Shown: piece after piece, positions 1-13,800 of the stretch
How positions within the stretch are numbered: position 1 is the first letter of the stretch
Layout of the letters: each line of letters begins with the position of its first letter
DNA from: Proteromonas lacertae
Taxonomy: Eukaryota
Direction: 5' to 3'
NCBI GenBank assembly: GCA_002245135.1
Contig: NGBS01000584.1
Span: 186,001 to 250,000 of the forward strand
DNA length: 64,000 bases
Notes under the pieces: generated by a model
What the model saw: the letters and a program-made list of their open reading frames with translations, nothing else
Database searches by the model: none
Told to the model about the DNA's origin: nothing
Made by a program: the position numbers and the translations under genes

Positions 1-860
1 ATGATATTGTTATCACAAGAATTATATAAGTATCCTTGTGTTGAAAAAATTAATATTAGGCAGAACAGTGATATTAATTCAAGTGGATGGAAAGCCATAT
101 TTTTAGTTTTTACAATTTCTAAAATCGAATTTGATTTTAATGGAAGTAAAGAATTACTGGTTGACAAAGATATTCCAGAATTCATCCAATACATCACAGA
201 TAAATATAATAGATTAAACCTGAGTTATTTAAAAATTGATGATGTTTTTCTCAAATCATTTTTCTTGTTAAGAGTAAATGAGTTTAGTGAAATTACAAAG
301 TTGGATTTGAGTAGTATAATTGAATGTTATTATATTATTATTATAGATAATAAATTGACATATAAAGGTATAGAAATATTGATAAACATTTTATCATCAT
401 TAAGTCTTGAATATCTTGAATTATCTGGAAATGAAATAGGAAATGAAGGTATGAAAATTTTATCTCCTCATTTGCATTTATTGAAAGATAATAATATTGA
501 AATGAATTGTTCAAGTATACCTGTAAATATAGTATAATGTGAAATAGATATGGGATTGTCTTGCAATGGATTAAAGTATATCATGAATTATGTTAAAGAA
601 AATGATAATATTGAAAAGCTTTTCATTCACAGTATCTTTAATATTATATTATCAATTACATAGGTAATCCAATCGGCAATGATGGATTTAAATTATTATT
701 ATATAAGTTAAATCTATTGATTAATGATTATCCAACATATGAAATGAATTTAGGTTACATTTATCCATTTATAGAAATGATTTGTTCATCATGGACTAAT
801 GAAGAATTGGATTATTATTTGAATTATTGCATAATAAAGAAAGAAAGACACAATGAATGA
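1..860 (+). CDS. LRR (RNI-like) protein, 3' part; 5' end lies outside the window
   Basis: LxLSGNEIGNEG and GNPIGNDG repeats; short GT-AG introns; stop TGA at 858-860; clear paralog of the 61932-64000 gene. Confidence 0.75.
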
Positions 861-924
861 TATATTTATTCTTAAAAACAAATACCAAAAGAAAAAGAAA
901 ATGGAATAATAATACTCCTTTTAC

Positions 925-988
925 ATCAAACATCAGAACAATCACATCAAATAATTTGATTTATTGATTATTCTTCATCAATTTTGAT
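925..988 (-). promoter_or_regulatory. SECIS element (form 2) in the selenophosphate synthetase 3' UTR
   Basis: Minus strand reads ATGA-AGAATAATCA-ATAA-ATCAAA-TTA-TTTGAT-G-TGATTGTTCT-GA. It has the AUGA/GA core, a 10-bp helix II (one GU pair), unpaired AA, an apical ministem, and helix I ATCAAA/TTTGAT. Confidence 0.9.
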
Positions 989-1085
989 TATATTACCTCT
1001 TATCTCGGGTTATAATTAGTAATATATGTAAAAATGAAATATTATTTATTTATTTTCTTTTCTTTTTCTTTTCTTTTCTATTAAC

Positions 1086-2235
1086 TCAAACTTCTAAAAA
1101 CTTCACATCATCTGTTAATCTAGCTGTTCCATCACCAGCAATTACTCCACCAACAATCCATGCTGGACAATGATCAATCTCTTCAATCTCTTTTAAAAAT
1201 CCTTTTGAATCTTCTTCACTCATTGCAATTAGAAGTCCTCCTGACGTTTCAGCTGCTCTTCCTTTCACAAAATTATAACCAGGTGAAATAGCCGCAATCT
1301 AATATAATGAAATTTAATAATAATTACATAAAAATACTTTCAACATATTCTTAACAACAGGCATTGTGTGTATCTCAAATGTTACTTTTTCATTTTGAGT
1401 AGATGCTAGATTATTAGCATGACCAATAATTCCAAATCCAGTGACATCTGTACATGCATGTGAATGATATTTATGCATTAATAACGCACCAGTTCTGTTC
1501 AATCTTGACATACTTTTACATCCTTTTTCATAAGCTTCCATTATTTCTTCTTTTGATATTTTATCACTCACTGTTTCATATTTACCATTATGTGTCCATT
1601 CAAATCCATTTACTATCAATTGCATTCCCAATGGCTTTGTTAATATTAAAACATCGCCTGGAATAGCATAGATTGGCCTTAAGAAATCTACTCCTTCTTT
1701 ACATATACTCGTTGCTACTCCACCAATTAAAGGCCATTGATTCATTGTAGTTTGACCACCTGTTACTGTAGTACCTGCCTCTCTAGCTAAATCATTAAAT
1801 CCACGAATCATTTCAGTTGTTATTACATCTTTTTCTTTATCATCCATATCTACACTTACACCTAATATCATTAACATAGTGTCTATATCCACTACACCCA
1901 TTGCATACATATCTGATAAGACGTTACATGCTGCTATTCTTCCCTGCATATATGGATCATCAACCAGTGGGAAGAAATAATCGGTTGTTGAGATTAAATA
2001 GGTATCTGGTATTTTGGTTTTAACTACACTGCAATCCATACCTGGAGTTTCATTTGGTTTTATGTCATTACCTATATTTGTTAAGTACCCGAGTAATTTG
2101 TTTTGTGCCAACTTACAACCTCATCCCTTCCTCTATTTTGGATATAATAAAAATATATAATACTTTTGTAAATTTGGTTAAATGAAAATCTGATTTTAAA
2201 CCATGATCAACAGGATTCCATTTCCTGCCTTCCAT
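1086..2235 (-). CDS. SEPHS2: Selenophosphate synthetase 2 (SelD/SPS2), a selenoprotein
   Basis: ATG at 2235; introns 2133-2163 and 1299-1337. Spliced protein reads ...LTKFTKRKG-U(TGA 2121-2123)-GCKL, with TTDYFFP, GGQT, TDVTGFG and ETSGGLLI motifs. Confidence 0.95.
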
Positions 2236-2390
2236 TTTCGATTTTTAAAAGCTAATTGTGTAATATATACAAATGCTAACTCAACTAAACTGATAAATAA
2301 ACTATAAACAAAGATAAAAAGAAAGAAATATGTGATTCAAAAATATATTCGTTATTTTACTAAAAAAATAAAAAACAACTTAATTTAAGC

Positions 2391-3724
2391 TTAATTCTCT
2401 TCATCTTTTATATATATAGCCATTCCACTATTAGGATGTATTTGTAGGATTCTTTCTTTTGTTTCTTCAATATCTTTCAATTCATTTCCAAATATCCATA
2501 GATTACTTAAATTCTGACAATTATCTAATTCTTTAATCATATAATCCATTCCTTCATCAGTAATTTCACAATTTGCAATTGATAAAGATTCAAGTTTTGG
2601 TAGATTCTTTATATTTTCACTCAACTCTTTTATTGTTTTATTTCCTATCTTTATATTGGGAATGAATAATCCTCTCAATTTCTCTACATATTTCAAATTC
2701 TTGCTTAATTCAATTATACCTTCATCACCTACAGGATTATCTATATAAATAAATAACATAATATAAATATTTATATACTTTCAATTGATAATATATTTAA
2801 ATTTGGTATATCCTTCAAATGTTGACTTAATGAGATTAAACCTTTATCACCAATCTTGTTATCTGATAAATAAAGTGATTGAAGATTAGAAATATGATGT
2901 AAATTCTCACTAAATTCATACATTCCTTTATCAGTAATTTGATTTAAACCAATTTGAAAATGTTTCAGAATTGGTAAATTTATTAGATTTTCACTTATTG
3001 AAATCATACCATCATCTCCTATCTTATTAGCTATAATAATAATAATAATAATAATAATATAATTATACATGATAAATAGAGTGTTTGTAAATTGTTTATA
3101 TATCCAAATTTCTCACTTAATATGTTTACTCCTCTATCACCAATTTCATTTCCAATTGCAGAGAATACTCTAAGATTTGGTGTATATATTAAACTATTAC
3201 TTAACATTTGCATCCCTTTATCTGTTATTTTATTATCACCTATATCTAATAACAATAAATTCTCCTGATTGTATAATTTGTTGCAAAATTGTTCAAAACC
3301 AATATCATGAATGTCATTATCATTTATGTGGATTTGTTTTATTTGTTTCAATGTTGGTAACATATCACTGAGATATTCTAAACCAAAATCACCTATTTCT
3401 TTTTTTCTAAGGTTTAATATTCCTCCTTTCATTTGTTCATTTGCCATAGATGCTTTTTCTTCAATCATTGTTCCTATATTATAATGAACATACCAATACG
3501 TAAATTTGGTGGTAAAGGATGATAAATATTATAGTATGCTTCTCTTGGAATAGCTTTCATTGGATTTATATCAATATGAATTGGAGCTGGACCTTCTACA
3601 TAGGATCCTATACTTCTAAACTGAAATACACTGTCTATATGATTATATAAATAATATTACTTATTAAAAATCTATTATTATTTCTGGTAATGGGTAAAGT
3701 TTTAGAAAATACTCTATTTAGCAT
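2391..3724 (-). CDS. LRR (RNI-like) protein with possible mitochondrial/MRO presequence
   Basis: Many NxIGDxG repeats across the ORF fragments, joined by short introns; N-terminus MLNRVFSKTLPITRNNNRFL is basic and lacks acidic residues. Confidence 0.75.
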
Positions 3725-3842
3725 GAGAAATCAAAGAAAATTTAAAAATAGAATTTTTTGAATAACCTGTTTTATTAATTTTCAAACACCAAAAATATTA
3801 AAAACTATCAAAAAATAAAAAATAGTAATTTATATTCAAATA

Positions 3843-6800
3843 TTACAGTGATTCTAAATCATCATAACTAGGTTCTCTTTCTTTAAGTGTAAATTTTTCA
3901 TTCTCATAACTCTCTTTACTATTACCAATATCTATTGGTACATTTGTTATATCAATAAATCCTTCATTCTCCACCAATCGAATTGGTTCATTTTCTCTAT
4001 CAGGAAAATTATCTTTATTACTGCCATTATAAAGTGTAATACTAGAGTTGTTATTTGAAGTAATAATATCCTGTACAAATGGAATAGAGGTAGATAGAGG
4101 TAAAGAAGGTGGTGGTGTAGGTAATTCTTCCAACGGAGCAGCAGGTAATAAATGACAAATTGGCAAGCTATTTTCAATGAAATAGGCTAACATATTCCAA
4201 AATAGTGCAGGTCTGGTAGTAATAAATTGATGTTTAGTAAAATCAACATCTCTATTAAAATCTATAGATCTTTGAATTTCTTTCAACAATATCCAAGGTG
4301 ATAAGTATTCAGTCCATAATTCATCCGTTTCACTATTATACAATGTACTAAAATCAGCAGCTATTCTAATTCTTGCTACAAATCTCACAGGCTTGTCTGG
4401 AGGCTTGATCCCTTTAATTGGAATATTAAAGCATTTATTACATTGTGTTGTATAATCATTAATAGAAACATACCATCCTTGTTTAATTTCATCATCCTGA
4501 ATTAACATATTACAATACGGACATGAATCTAATGATTTATTGATCTTTAAGCCAGGAAATATTTTATTCAAAGATGTGATTTGGTATTGAGTTAATAAAT
4601 GTTTAGTCCAAATATTGAAATAAGATGTTTCTGATGTGTTTGATGATTTTGATCTTAATGAGATCCATGAATCTAATAAATTCTCATTTTTCTTCTTTTT
4701 TGCTTCACTGGCTTTTATTCTTTGAGTAAAAGCTTCTAAAGAGAAGTTTTCATCGTTATTGAAAGCTTTAATTATATGATTATAGAGCGAAGAATCAGGA
4801 GTATATCCATAATCACCCATTAATTCAATAATTAACAAAGCAAATTGAACATTCTTCATTTTACCAGCTGAAATAATTAAAGTTCTGAATATAATTTCTG
4901 TTGGGATTATATTACGTTTTTTCATTGATCTTAATACTAAATAACACATTTCTAATGCAGGAATATTATTGACACTATCTATTACATTATTATTACTATT
5001 ATTATTAAACGAAGAAGAAGAAGACGAGGAGGTAGTTGAAAGTGAAGATGAGGAAGTTGAATTGATTAGTTTATTCCTTTTAGGAAATATTTCATTTAGA
5101 TATTTATTACCTGCTGTTATTTTATCAAAATTATTAATATTTAAATTCTTTTTTAGATTTTCTGAAGTACAAACAACGATAAACCATAATGTATAAATAC
5201 ACTGTTCATATGTATAATTCACAATAGATGCATATTTGGCTTTATTCTCTAACAATGAATTTCTTCTAACTCTCGTTTCAACTGGTAATAAATGATATCT
5301 TGGTGGTAAAATATATTCATCATTCATTATAGGAAAATGATCATATTTCCATTTCTTATTTCTAAACGGACATTTTGGTAAATCACTTGCATCAATTGAT
5401 GGAATAACAATTACTTTATTCACAAAACCTGATGTTGTCATCATTCCTAAATGTGTTTTTAGTGGTTGTCCAAAATGAGGTTTTCTGATCTTGTTGCTTG
5501 ATTCGATCGTTTAATATTGTAACTGTATAATGTGTTCCATTTGTTTTTATATAAGTATCAATAAATGATAATAGAAATTGAGTTTCTAAGAAATGTGTAA
5601 CAAATTCTTTTTGATGTGGTGTTGAGTTGTTGATGAATATTTCATTGTTAAAATGATTCTATTTATATTCATAAATATAATAATAATTATTATATACTCT
5701 TATATTTAACGAAGTTTCTTCCTTAGATATACACATTTCATATGGTTTCATCAATCGTGCAATAAAATTCAAAAATGCATTTCTAAAAGTTTGCCAACTA
5801 TCTATATATATAATATATAAAATAAATATTGAATATTGAATATACAATATCTCTTTTCTCTTTCATTTGTTTTACCTAACATTGGAAATATATCAGTATA
5901 ATAATTATCACCTCTTTCTCTATATATATCATCATATATTTTAATATCATTCATCAATTGATTCAGTGTAGAAGGCGCTGGTTGTGGTAATATATTTATA
6001 TCCGTTGGATAGATCAGTTTACCCGTATCTATATTATAACATATTGTATTTTCACCTATTGGCACTTTTACATTGGGTTTATCAACTGGTAAACCAAGTA
6101 AGAATGGAATTGGAGCTTCTAGCACTCCATACATTATTTCAGGGATTATAGGAATATATACATGAAGCCATTTAAAGGGATATAATATATTTCGCAATAT
6201 TTCACATGTTGTTGATAATAAATATGAATTTGTTGATATAATAATTGTTTGTTTTTCTAATAATAAACCTATAAATAGTTTAACTATTACTTCCACTCCT
6301 AATGCTTCTATTACTTCATAAAATGGTAAATCAGTGAATATAAATGGTTCTTTATTTGGTGATCTAATAAACTCTAATGTATAGTGTGATAGTATATATT
6401 GATATGAACAAAATCCTTTTGGTGGTGATGGAAATTCGAATATAAAGTTGGATAAATATCTTTCTATGGGATATTCTAAATCAGATAATGATAGACTATA
6501 TAATAACAACAGATAATCTTTGAATTTTGTTGGAAATACATATTTTGAGATTAAACATAAACATTTTGGAATGTATAGATCTGATAGATTTATAGCAAAT
6601 CTTGTTGTTATTTCTTCTATTGAAAAATCAATCCCATAGGTTAATTGACATAATTTTGTTACTAGTTCTTCTGTTGCTTTTTCATATATTGTTAAACAGT
6701 ATCCATATAATTGTTTACCATCATCTCTTGTGGTTACAAACATGAAAAAGCTTGGGACTGAGGTTGAATGTGATAATTTAAGTGAATGAGGCATACAGAA

Positions 6801-7057
6801 ATTCAATACACCTATTTTGATATGTTATAAACTAATACCATTAGCAAATGTTGGATCAATATCTTCTTTAGGGAGTGTATCAAGAATTTTGGGTGCAAAT
6901 CTATTTGTATTAAAAAATATACATTATAAATGAGAATATACTTATTTTTAAGAAATTCTAACTTATTAATTGGCTTTATAATACAAGTTTCATCAACTGG
7001 TTCTTCTAGTCCAACAAGAAAATACATTTCAATCAGTCTCTTCCATGTTTTGTCCAT
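3843..7057 (-). CDS. DENN-domain Rab GEF with PPR repeat and C-terminal Cys-rich region (DENND4-like)
   Basis: uDENN FCMPH and YGYCLT, cDENN LLYPFKWLHVYIP, dDENN FLETQ, PPR GYTPDSSLYNHII, CPYC...CNKC and EYLSPWILLKE; one frame break near 5490. Confidence 0.85.
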
Positions 7058-7339
7058 ATGACTTTTATAATGAAAAAACTATTTCGTTTAGCTTCCAAAA
7101 AGAGAAAAATAACTTCGTTTGTGATTTGGATATTCAAGCTTTTTCTTATTCAAATCTAATGTTTGTGAAATAGGTGTAGTGAAAATTTTGGCAGAGATTG
7201 TTTCACCAAAAGATTATATATCTTCTTTTTTTGTAGGTATATATCCTCCTATATATTCTGTTATTTTTATTTGTTTTATTTTTGCTTGGCATATTCTGAT
7301 TTTTCCATATTGCTTTACTTATTTTTTGAAATAGAATTA

Positions 7340-8848
7340 ATGTCAACTGAAGAAAAACCAAAGATCGATCCTTTATGTATAGAAGGTATGCAATATTAAA
7401 TATTATAAAATCTATCTTTTATAGATCCTCCAGATAGAAGAGGTAAAGAAGAAGTTGGTGAAGACTATGTTCAACCTAGTTTGTTCATGCATATATTAAA
7501 GTCACTAATGCCTGGTATATGATGTTATTTATTGTATTTAGGTCAAGATTTAACACGTGTATTAATTCCAGTGTTTTTCTTGGAACCAAGATCTTTATTA
7601 GAAAGATTTGCTGATGTTATGATGCACATTGATTTAATCGAAGATCCAAAGTAAAATTTTGGTGATTATATTTTATAATAGATTAATGGCAGGAAATGAG
7701 GAAGAAAGATTCTTATGTTTCTTAAAATGGTACTTATCAGGTTGGCATTACAAGACAAAGGGATGCAAAAAGCCATATAATCCAATACTTGGTGAAACAT
7801 TTGCCTGTTATTATGATACTGGCAAGGCAAGATATCATTATTTAGCTGAACAGGTCGGTCATCACCCTCCAGTCAGTGCTCTTTACTTTGAGAGTGAAGA
7901 TTGTCAAATGGTTGCCAATGGTCAGATCTGGACCAAGTCATCATTCACAGGTAACTCTGCTAAGAGTATAATTGATGGATTCGTAAAGTTAGAATTATTT
8001 AAAAACGGTGATAAATACTATTTCACTTTCCCATCATTTGCTGCTACTGGTTTATTCATTGGTACATTAACAATGCAATTATGTGAGAAATCAGAAGTAA
8101 AATGTATGAATACAGGTTTAGAAGCACAAATTACTTGGTATTTGAAGCCAATGATATATGGTGAATATAACTGTGTGGAATGTGTAGTAAAGAACAAAGA
8201 AGGAGTTCAAATCTACAAAATCAAAGGTCATTGGGATAAAGAATTCGAAATTACAGATTTAAGAACCAAAAAGACAGAACCATTTTTGAAGATTGAAGGT
8301 AGAGAAGTATTGCCAAAATACTGTTTAAGAGATGAGTTACAAGGACCATTCGAATCTAGAAGATTGTGGAGTAATGTGACAAAATACATTCGAGTTAAAC
8401 CCAAGCCAGATTGGGATAATGTTCAAATCGAAAAAACTGCTATAGAAGAAGATCAAAGAAAATTACCATCACAACAAGATAAAAAGAGTGGAAAATATAA
8501 GCCATGGACAAGAAAGTTATTCCATTTAGAACAAGATCCAGATTTAGATGAAGAAGTATGGATGTTTAATGAACCATACACTAAAGATCACGTTCCACAT
8601 GTATTGATTTTATTGTTTATTTTGTATAATAGAGAGATTTAGTTACTGTTTCAAGAGATTCTACTCTTCTTGATGAAAGAATCGACAAAGAAAAGTTTAT
8701 ACCAACAAAAGAGATAGTTAGAAGTATGAATATAAATTGTTAATTATAATTAATAGAATGCGAAGCAGGTGAAATTAAAATCACTCCAGATTCTGTAGAA
8801 TTACCAGAAGAGTTGAAAGTTAATATTGTAAAACCATATCCAAAATAA
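7340..8848 (+). CDS. Oxysterol-binding protein family (ORD-only)
   Basis: [34 protein letters not shown] and EQVGHHPP signatures; stop at 8846-8848. Confidence 0.93.
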
Positions 8849-8946
8849 ATATTAATTATTGATATCAATTATATACTTATTATAACATATTATCAATTGT
8901 TTTTTTTTGTGTTCCAAAAACAACATCAAGCTTTTGATTTGAGATT

Positions 8947-10679
8947 ATGAAATCTGTTATTATTTGTTTGATTCTCGTAGGTTTTTGTAGCTGTGCTACA
9001 ACTTATTTGAAACTGGGAGCTATTTTCCAAGATAATATGGTTTTACAAGTATATTTTCTCAATTAGTAAAATATAGAAAGAACCATATAGAGCACAGCTT
9101 TGGGGATATGCTAAACCACACTCTTATGTTTATGCTAGATTAGAAGGTGCTGATTATAGAGGAAGATCTGATGCTAATGGGTATATTTCATTAAATAATA
9201 CTTAGATTCTGGGTTATTACAATGGACCCACATAAACAAAACGATAGAGCTTATTCAATTCATATTAATTCAGGAGATGAATTAATTATTTTGAACAATG
9301 TATTGTTTGGAGATGTATGGATTTGTGCAGGACAATCTAACATGGAAATGAATATTGAAGTAGCTTATAACAAAACAAAGACATTTGAAGAAGGTGATGA
9401 CTATCAAACCTATCGATTAATGAGAATCATGTCAATCAAAAGAAAATGGTCTGATAAAGAAGAAAAAGATTTCCAACCAGAAGATATTCAATTACCATGG
9501 CAATATCCAACATCACAAGCTTTAGGAAAAGGTAGAACAGATGGATTTTCTTACTTTTCAGCAACATGTTTTCACTTTGGTAATTCATTATACCATCGTA
9601 CTTATGTGCCAATTGGATTAATATCTCTTTCATTTAGTTCAAGTACAATTGAAAGTTGGGTATCTCAAGATATATTCCCACTTGTATATTATTTAATTTT
9701 TATTTGTGTGTAGTGTAAAAATCCATACTTTCCTTCCAAAGTTCCATTTGAAAAACCATCAAGATTATACAATGCAATGATTAATCCTTTGATTCACACT
9801 ACAATAAAAGGAATGGTTTGGTATCAAGGTGAAAGCAATTATGCAAATCCAGGTGATTATAAAACAAATGATGGTTATGCTTGTTTCTTCCCCAAAATGA
9901 TTGAAGATTATAGAACAAAATTCTCAAAGAATTCAAACACTAATCCAAAATTCCCATTCGGATTTGTTCAATTAGCTGGATATTGTGATTCAAAGAATCA
10001 TACCTGTGATGGAAGAAATGAAAATATTGGTGATATTAGATATGCACAAACAGCTGATTATGGTTTTGCACCAAACCCAGCTATGCAAAATACATTCATG
10101 GCTGAAGCGTATATAACTAAATTTAATATTATCCTATTAATAATAGAATGGATTTACCTGATCCACTTGATACTGAACCAAAGTTTGGAGATTTACACCC
10201 AAGAAGTAAATTAGATGTTGGTATAAGATTAGCAAATGGAGCATTAAAATTTGTATTATTATATTCATTATATTTAATAGGCTTACAATGTAGATTGGGT
10301 TTCTTACACTGGTCCAGTGTTTGATTCTTGTGCAATTAGTGGTAAAGAACTACATATTCAATTTAATAAAGAATTATTAGGAAATGATGCAGTTAATGTT
10401 AAGAATGAAAGAGGTGTTGAAGTATATAGTAATAATAATTGGTTATCTGTTCCAATCATCAATCATTCTCAAACCAATATTACAATCAGCCTAGAAAATG
10501 CACCCAATCCAAGTATGGTAAGATATGCTTGGGCTAATAATCCATGTTGTCCTTTAGCATATCAATTTGAAAAACCTGTAAGATGTCCAAATTATCAATG
10601 TGCTCTTTACACTCAGAATGGAAATTTACCTACACCTCCATTCTTATCAAGTATTGTTAATGGAAGATGCTCAAATTAA
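8947..10679 (+). CDS. SIAE: Secreted sialate O-acetylesterase (SASA/SGNH hydrolase)
   Basis: Signal peptide MKSVIICLILVGFCSC; DNMVLQ, GDVWICAGQSNM (catalytic Ser), WYQGESN, DLHPRSK and VRYAW motifs. Confidence 0.9.
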
Positions 10680-10861
10680 TTAATCAATTGTTAAATTAGA
10701 AACATTGATTGTAATATCTTGTTTTTATTGGGTGATCATATGCTATTACATTTATAAATTTAAAAAAATATATGAATGTCATCATTAAAAAAGAATAGAA
10801 AATTTACACCCTTTCGATTTGATCAGATCTGATCCAGTAATATAAAAAATCTATTTTTTGA

Positions 10862-13800
10862 ATGAAGAAGGAATATATATATGGAGTTGACATTGGATCT
10901 TATTACTTAGTTGTATCTAGAACAAAATACACAGACTCAGATGTTAATTTTCAAGTATTGTCAAACTCATTGGACAGAAGACTTACTAGGTATATTTTTA
11001 TAATATTTTCCTTATATAGAACATGCATATCATTCACTAAAGGGAAATTAAATCCAGTTGGCAAGACATTAGTATATATTTGATATTTGATTACTATAGA
11101 CAGCTAAAGATTTGCCAAATACAATAGTAAACGGAAAAGACTTTTTTGTAGACAAATTTGATTATGAAGAAGGTAAAATGAACTACTATCCATTTAATCT
11201 TCAATTAAACTCCTACAATCAACCTTGCTTTAAGGTATATGCAAAAATTTATATTAATATAGGTTAATTATATTGAAGATAACAGAGAATATAATCTAAA
11301 AGGGATTTATTTGTCATATTTTCATATAATTGAACAAATAATCGAGAATAAGGCAAATGAAGAAGAAAAGAGTATGATTCAAAACTGGATATTAGCTTAT
11401 CCTCCATATTATTCTAAAGAACAACAGAATAAATTGAGAATCTTGTGTAATTTTGAATTAAATGGAAATAATGTATTATGTGAAGAAGTAATAAGTGAAA
11501 GTTTAGCATATTCATTAAGTTTTGGATATGAGAATAATTCAAAATTTGAAAAAAACAGTTCAATTGTATTTTTAGTGGATATAGGATATCAATGTGCAAC
11601 AATTACATGTACAAAATATGAAAAAGTATATAATTGTTATAATGATAATGTTTGTTTAGGATAAATGTATAATATTAGGAAGTGTATATGATCAAAGCAT
11701 ATGTGGAAGAAAGATAGATGGAATGTTACTTGAATATGTTAGACATAAAGTTGAAAAAGATGAAACTTTTAAAGAAAATATTGATAAGATAAAGAATGAT
11801 AGATGTTGTGATTTTAGATTATTATCATCAATTATTTCTGTTAAAGAGAAATTGTCAGCTGATGGAGCTAGTTGTGTATTATATATATATATATATATAT
11901 AATAGATAAATCTAACTGTTTCTGATCTTTATAATTGTGAGGATTTTGAATGTAACTTTAGCAAAGATGAATTAAACGAAATACTTAAAAGTGCGAAATA
12001 TGAAGAGATGTTGAATAGTTTGTTGAATAAATGTATTGAGAATAGTAAAATTAAACCAGAAGAAGTATCAGAAATAGTGATTGCAGGTGGTACATGTAGA
12101 ATACCATATATTCAAAGCATATTAAAGGATTATTTAAACAAAAGGATGAAAAAGAAATGTGATTTAACCAAATCAATTAATATGGATGAACATATATCAA
12201 ATGGTTGTAATTATTATGGAATGATATTAGATGATAGATGGAATTATAGAGTTGAAATACAGAACAAAGAAATATCTAATGATTTACTTATTCTAAAAGA
12301 TAAAGATTCAAAACATATGACAATAAGAATAAGAGAGAATTTAGGAAAAACGATTCATACTTTATTTACTCCAAATAATGAAAAAATGCTTAGACAGACA
12401 ATTATCACTGAAATTGAGAATGAATGTAAGTTAGTAGTAGACGAAATAAGAGATTGTGAAAAATGTGATACATATAATTTCATATTAAAGAATATTGAAT
12501 TTAGTACAGATACATCAAAAGCAGATAAATTGAGAAATGATATAGAACAAAGAATATATGAGTATCAACGTGATTTAAACTTAATAACTGATAAGCAATA
12601 TGTTGAAATTCAACAGAAGTATTTGAAGGATGTAATAACAACTTTACACAATGATTTGGAATTGAAAATTTACAATAAAGCTCATGAATATGAGAAAGAG
12701 TTTAATCACAATTGGTTAAAGAGAAAAACAGATTTAAAAGAAGAATCAACTATCTATATGTATTTATTTAGATTAAATGTAATTACTTAGAGATATATTC
12801 ATATCAAATAATCCAAAATCAAATGGTAAGTATAATACTATCAAACAGAAAATAAAAGCAATAAATGAAGAGGAGATGAAATTATCTGAATGTTTCAATA
12901 TATGTAATGAAGTGTTAAGCAATAAAAAAGTATTGTTAGAAAAAATGAAAAATGAATTGTATAATTTGTATTAATATTTATATTAGGATAAAGTGTGTAA
13001 ATCCTATGAGAAAACATCAAAAAATTGTAAAAGAAATGCACCTAACATTATACGACAGAATAGAAGAAGCATTGAAAATAGTAAAAATAGATAATATACC
13101 ACTTGAATCATTGAAAAGGCTAAATAAACTTTATGAACTATATGTGAAGAATATATACGCAAAATTCAGTACAAGAATATTAATATTGAAGTATATATCT
13201 AATAATAGTGTTATTCTGTTTAATAGAAAAGATATAAATAAAGATTATGAAGAATGTATAAAAGTAAAATTTCAGAAACTTGATTTGAAAGAGTTAAAAA
13301 GTTTAATAGACAATTTAAATATATTATCAGAAAGTCCAAAAGATTATGATAAGAGACTAGAAGAATTATTAGAGAATTTCCAGAAGTTATATGAAGAATA
13401 TAATAACAGAATTAAAGAATACAGAAAGAAAATATTTACATTTAGAAGTAGAATGACTAATGAAATCAATATATTGAATCCAAAACCACCATATTTAGAA
13501 GATGTTATAAAGAAAACAGAAGAAATAGAATTTCCAGAAGAAAATTCAAAACAAACAAATAATGGCGATAATGATGATGATGATGATAGTAAAGAAGAGT
13601 CAAAGTATATACTATTTATGTTAGCTAAAGGAAATGAAAAAATGAGAAGATATTACACAGATGGATTAAATAAGTTTAAACTAGAGTTTGAAGTATATAT
13701 TTTGATATATTATTAATAATTAGGAAAAAAAGAAGGAATTAATCCAAGAAGTGATAGATAATCAATCAATCTTTTCATTACCAGGATTATTAGACGAAAT

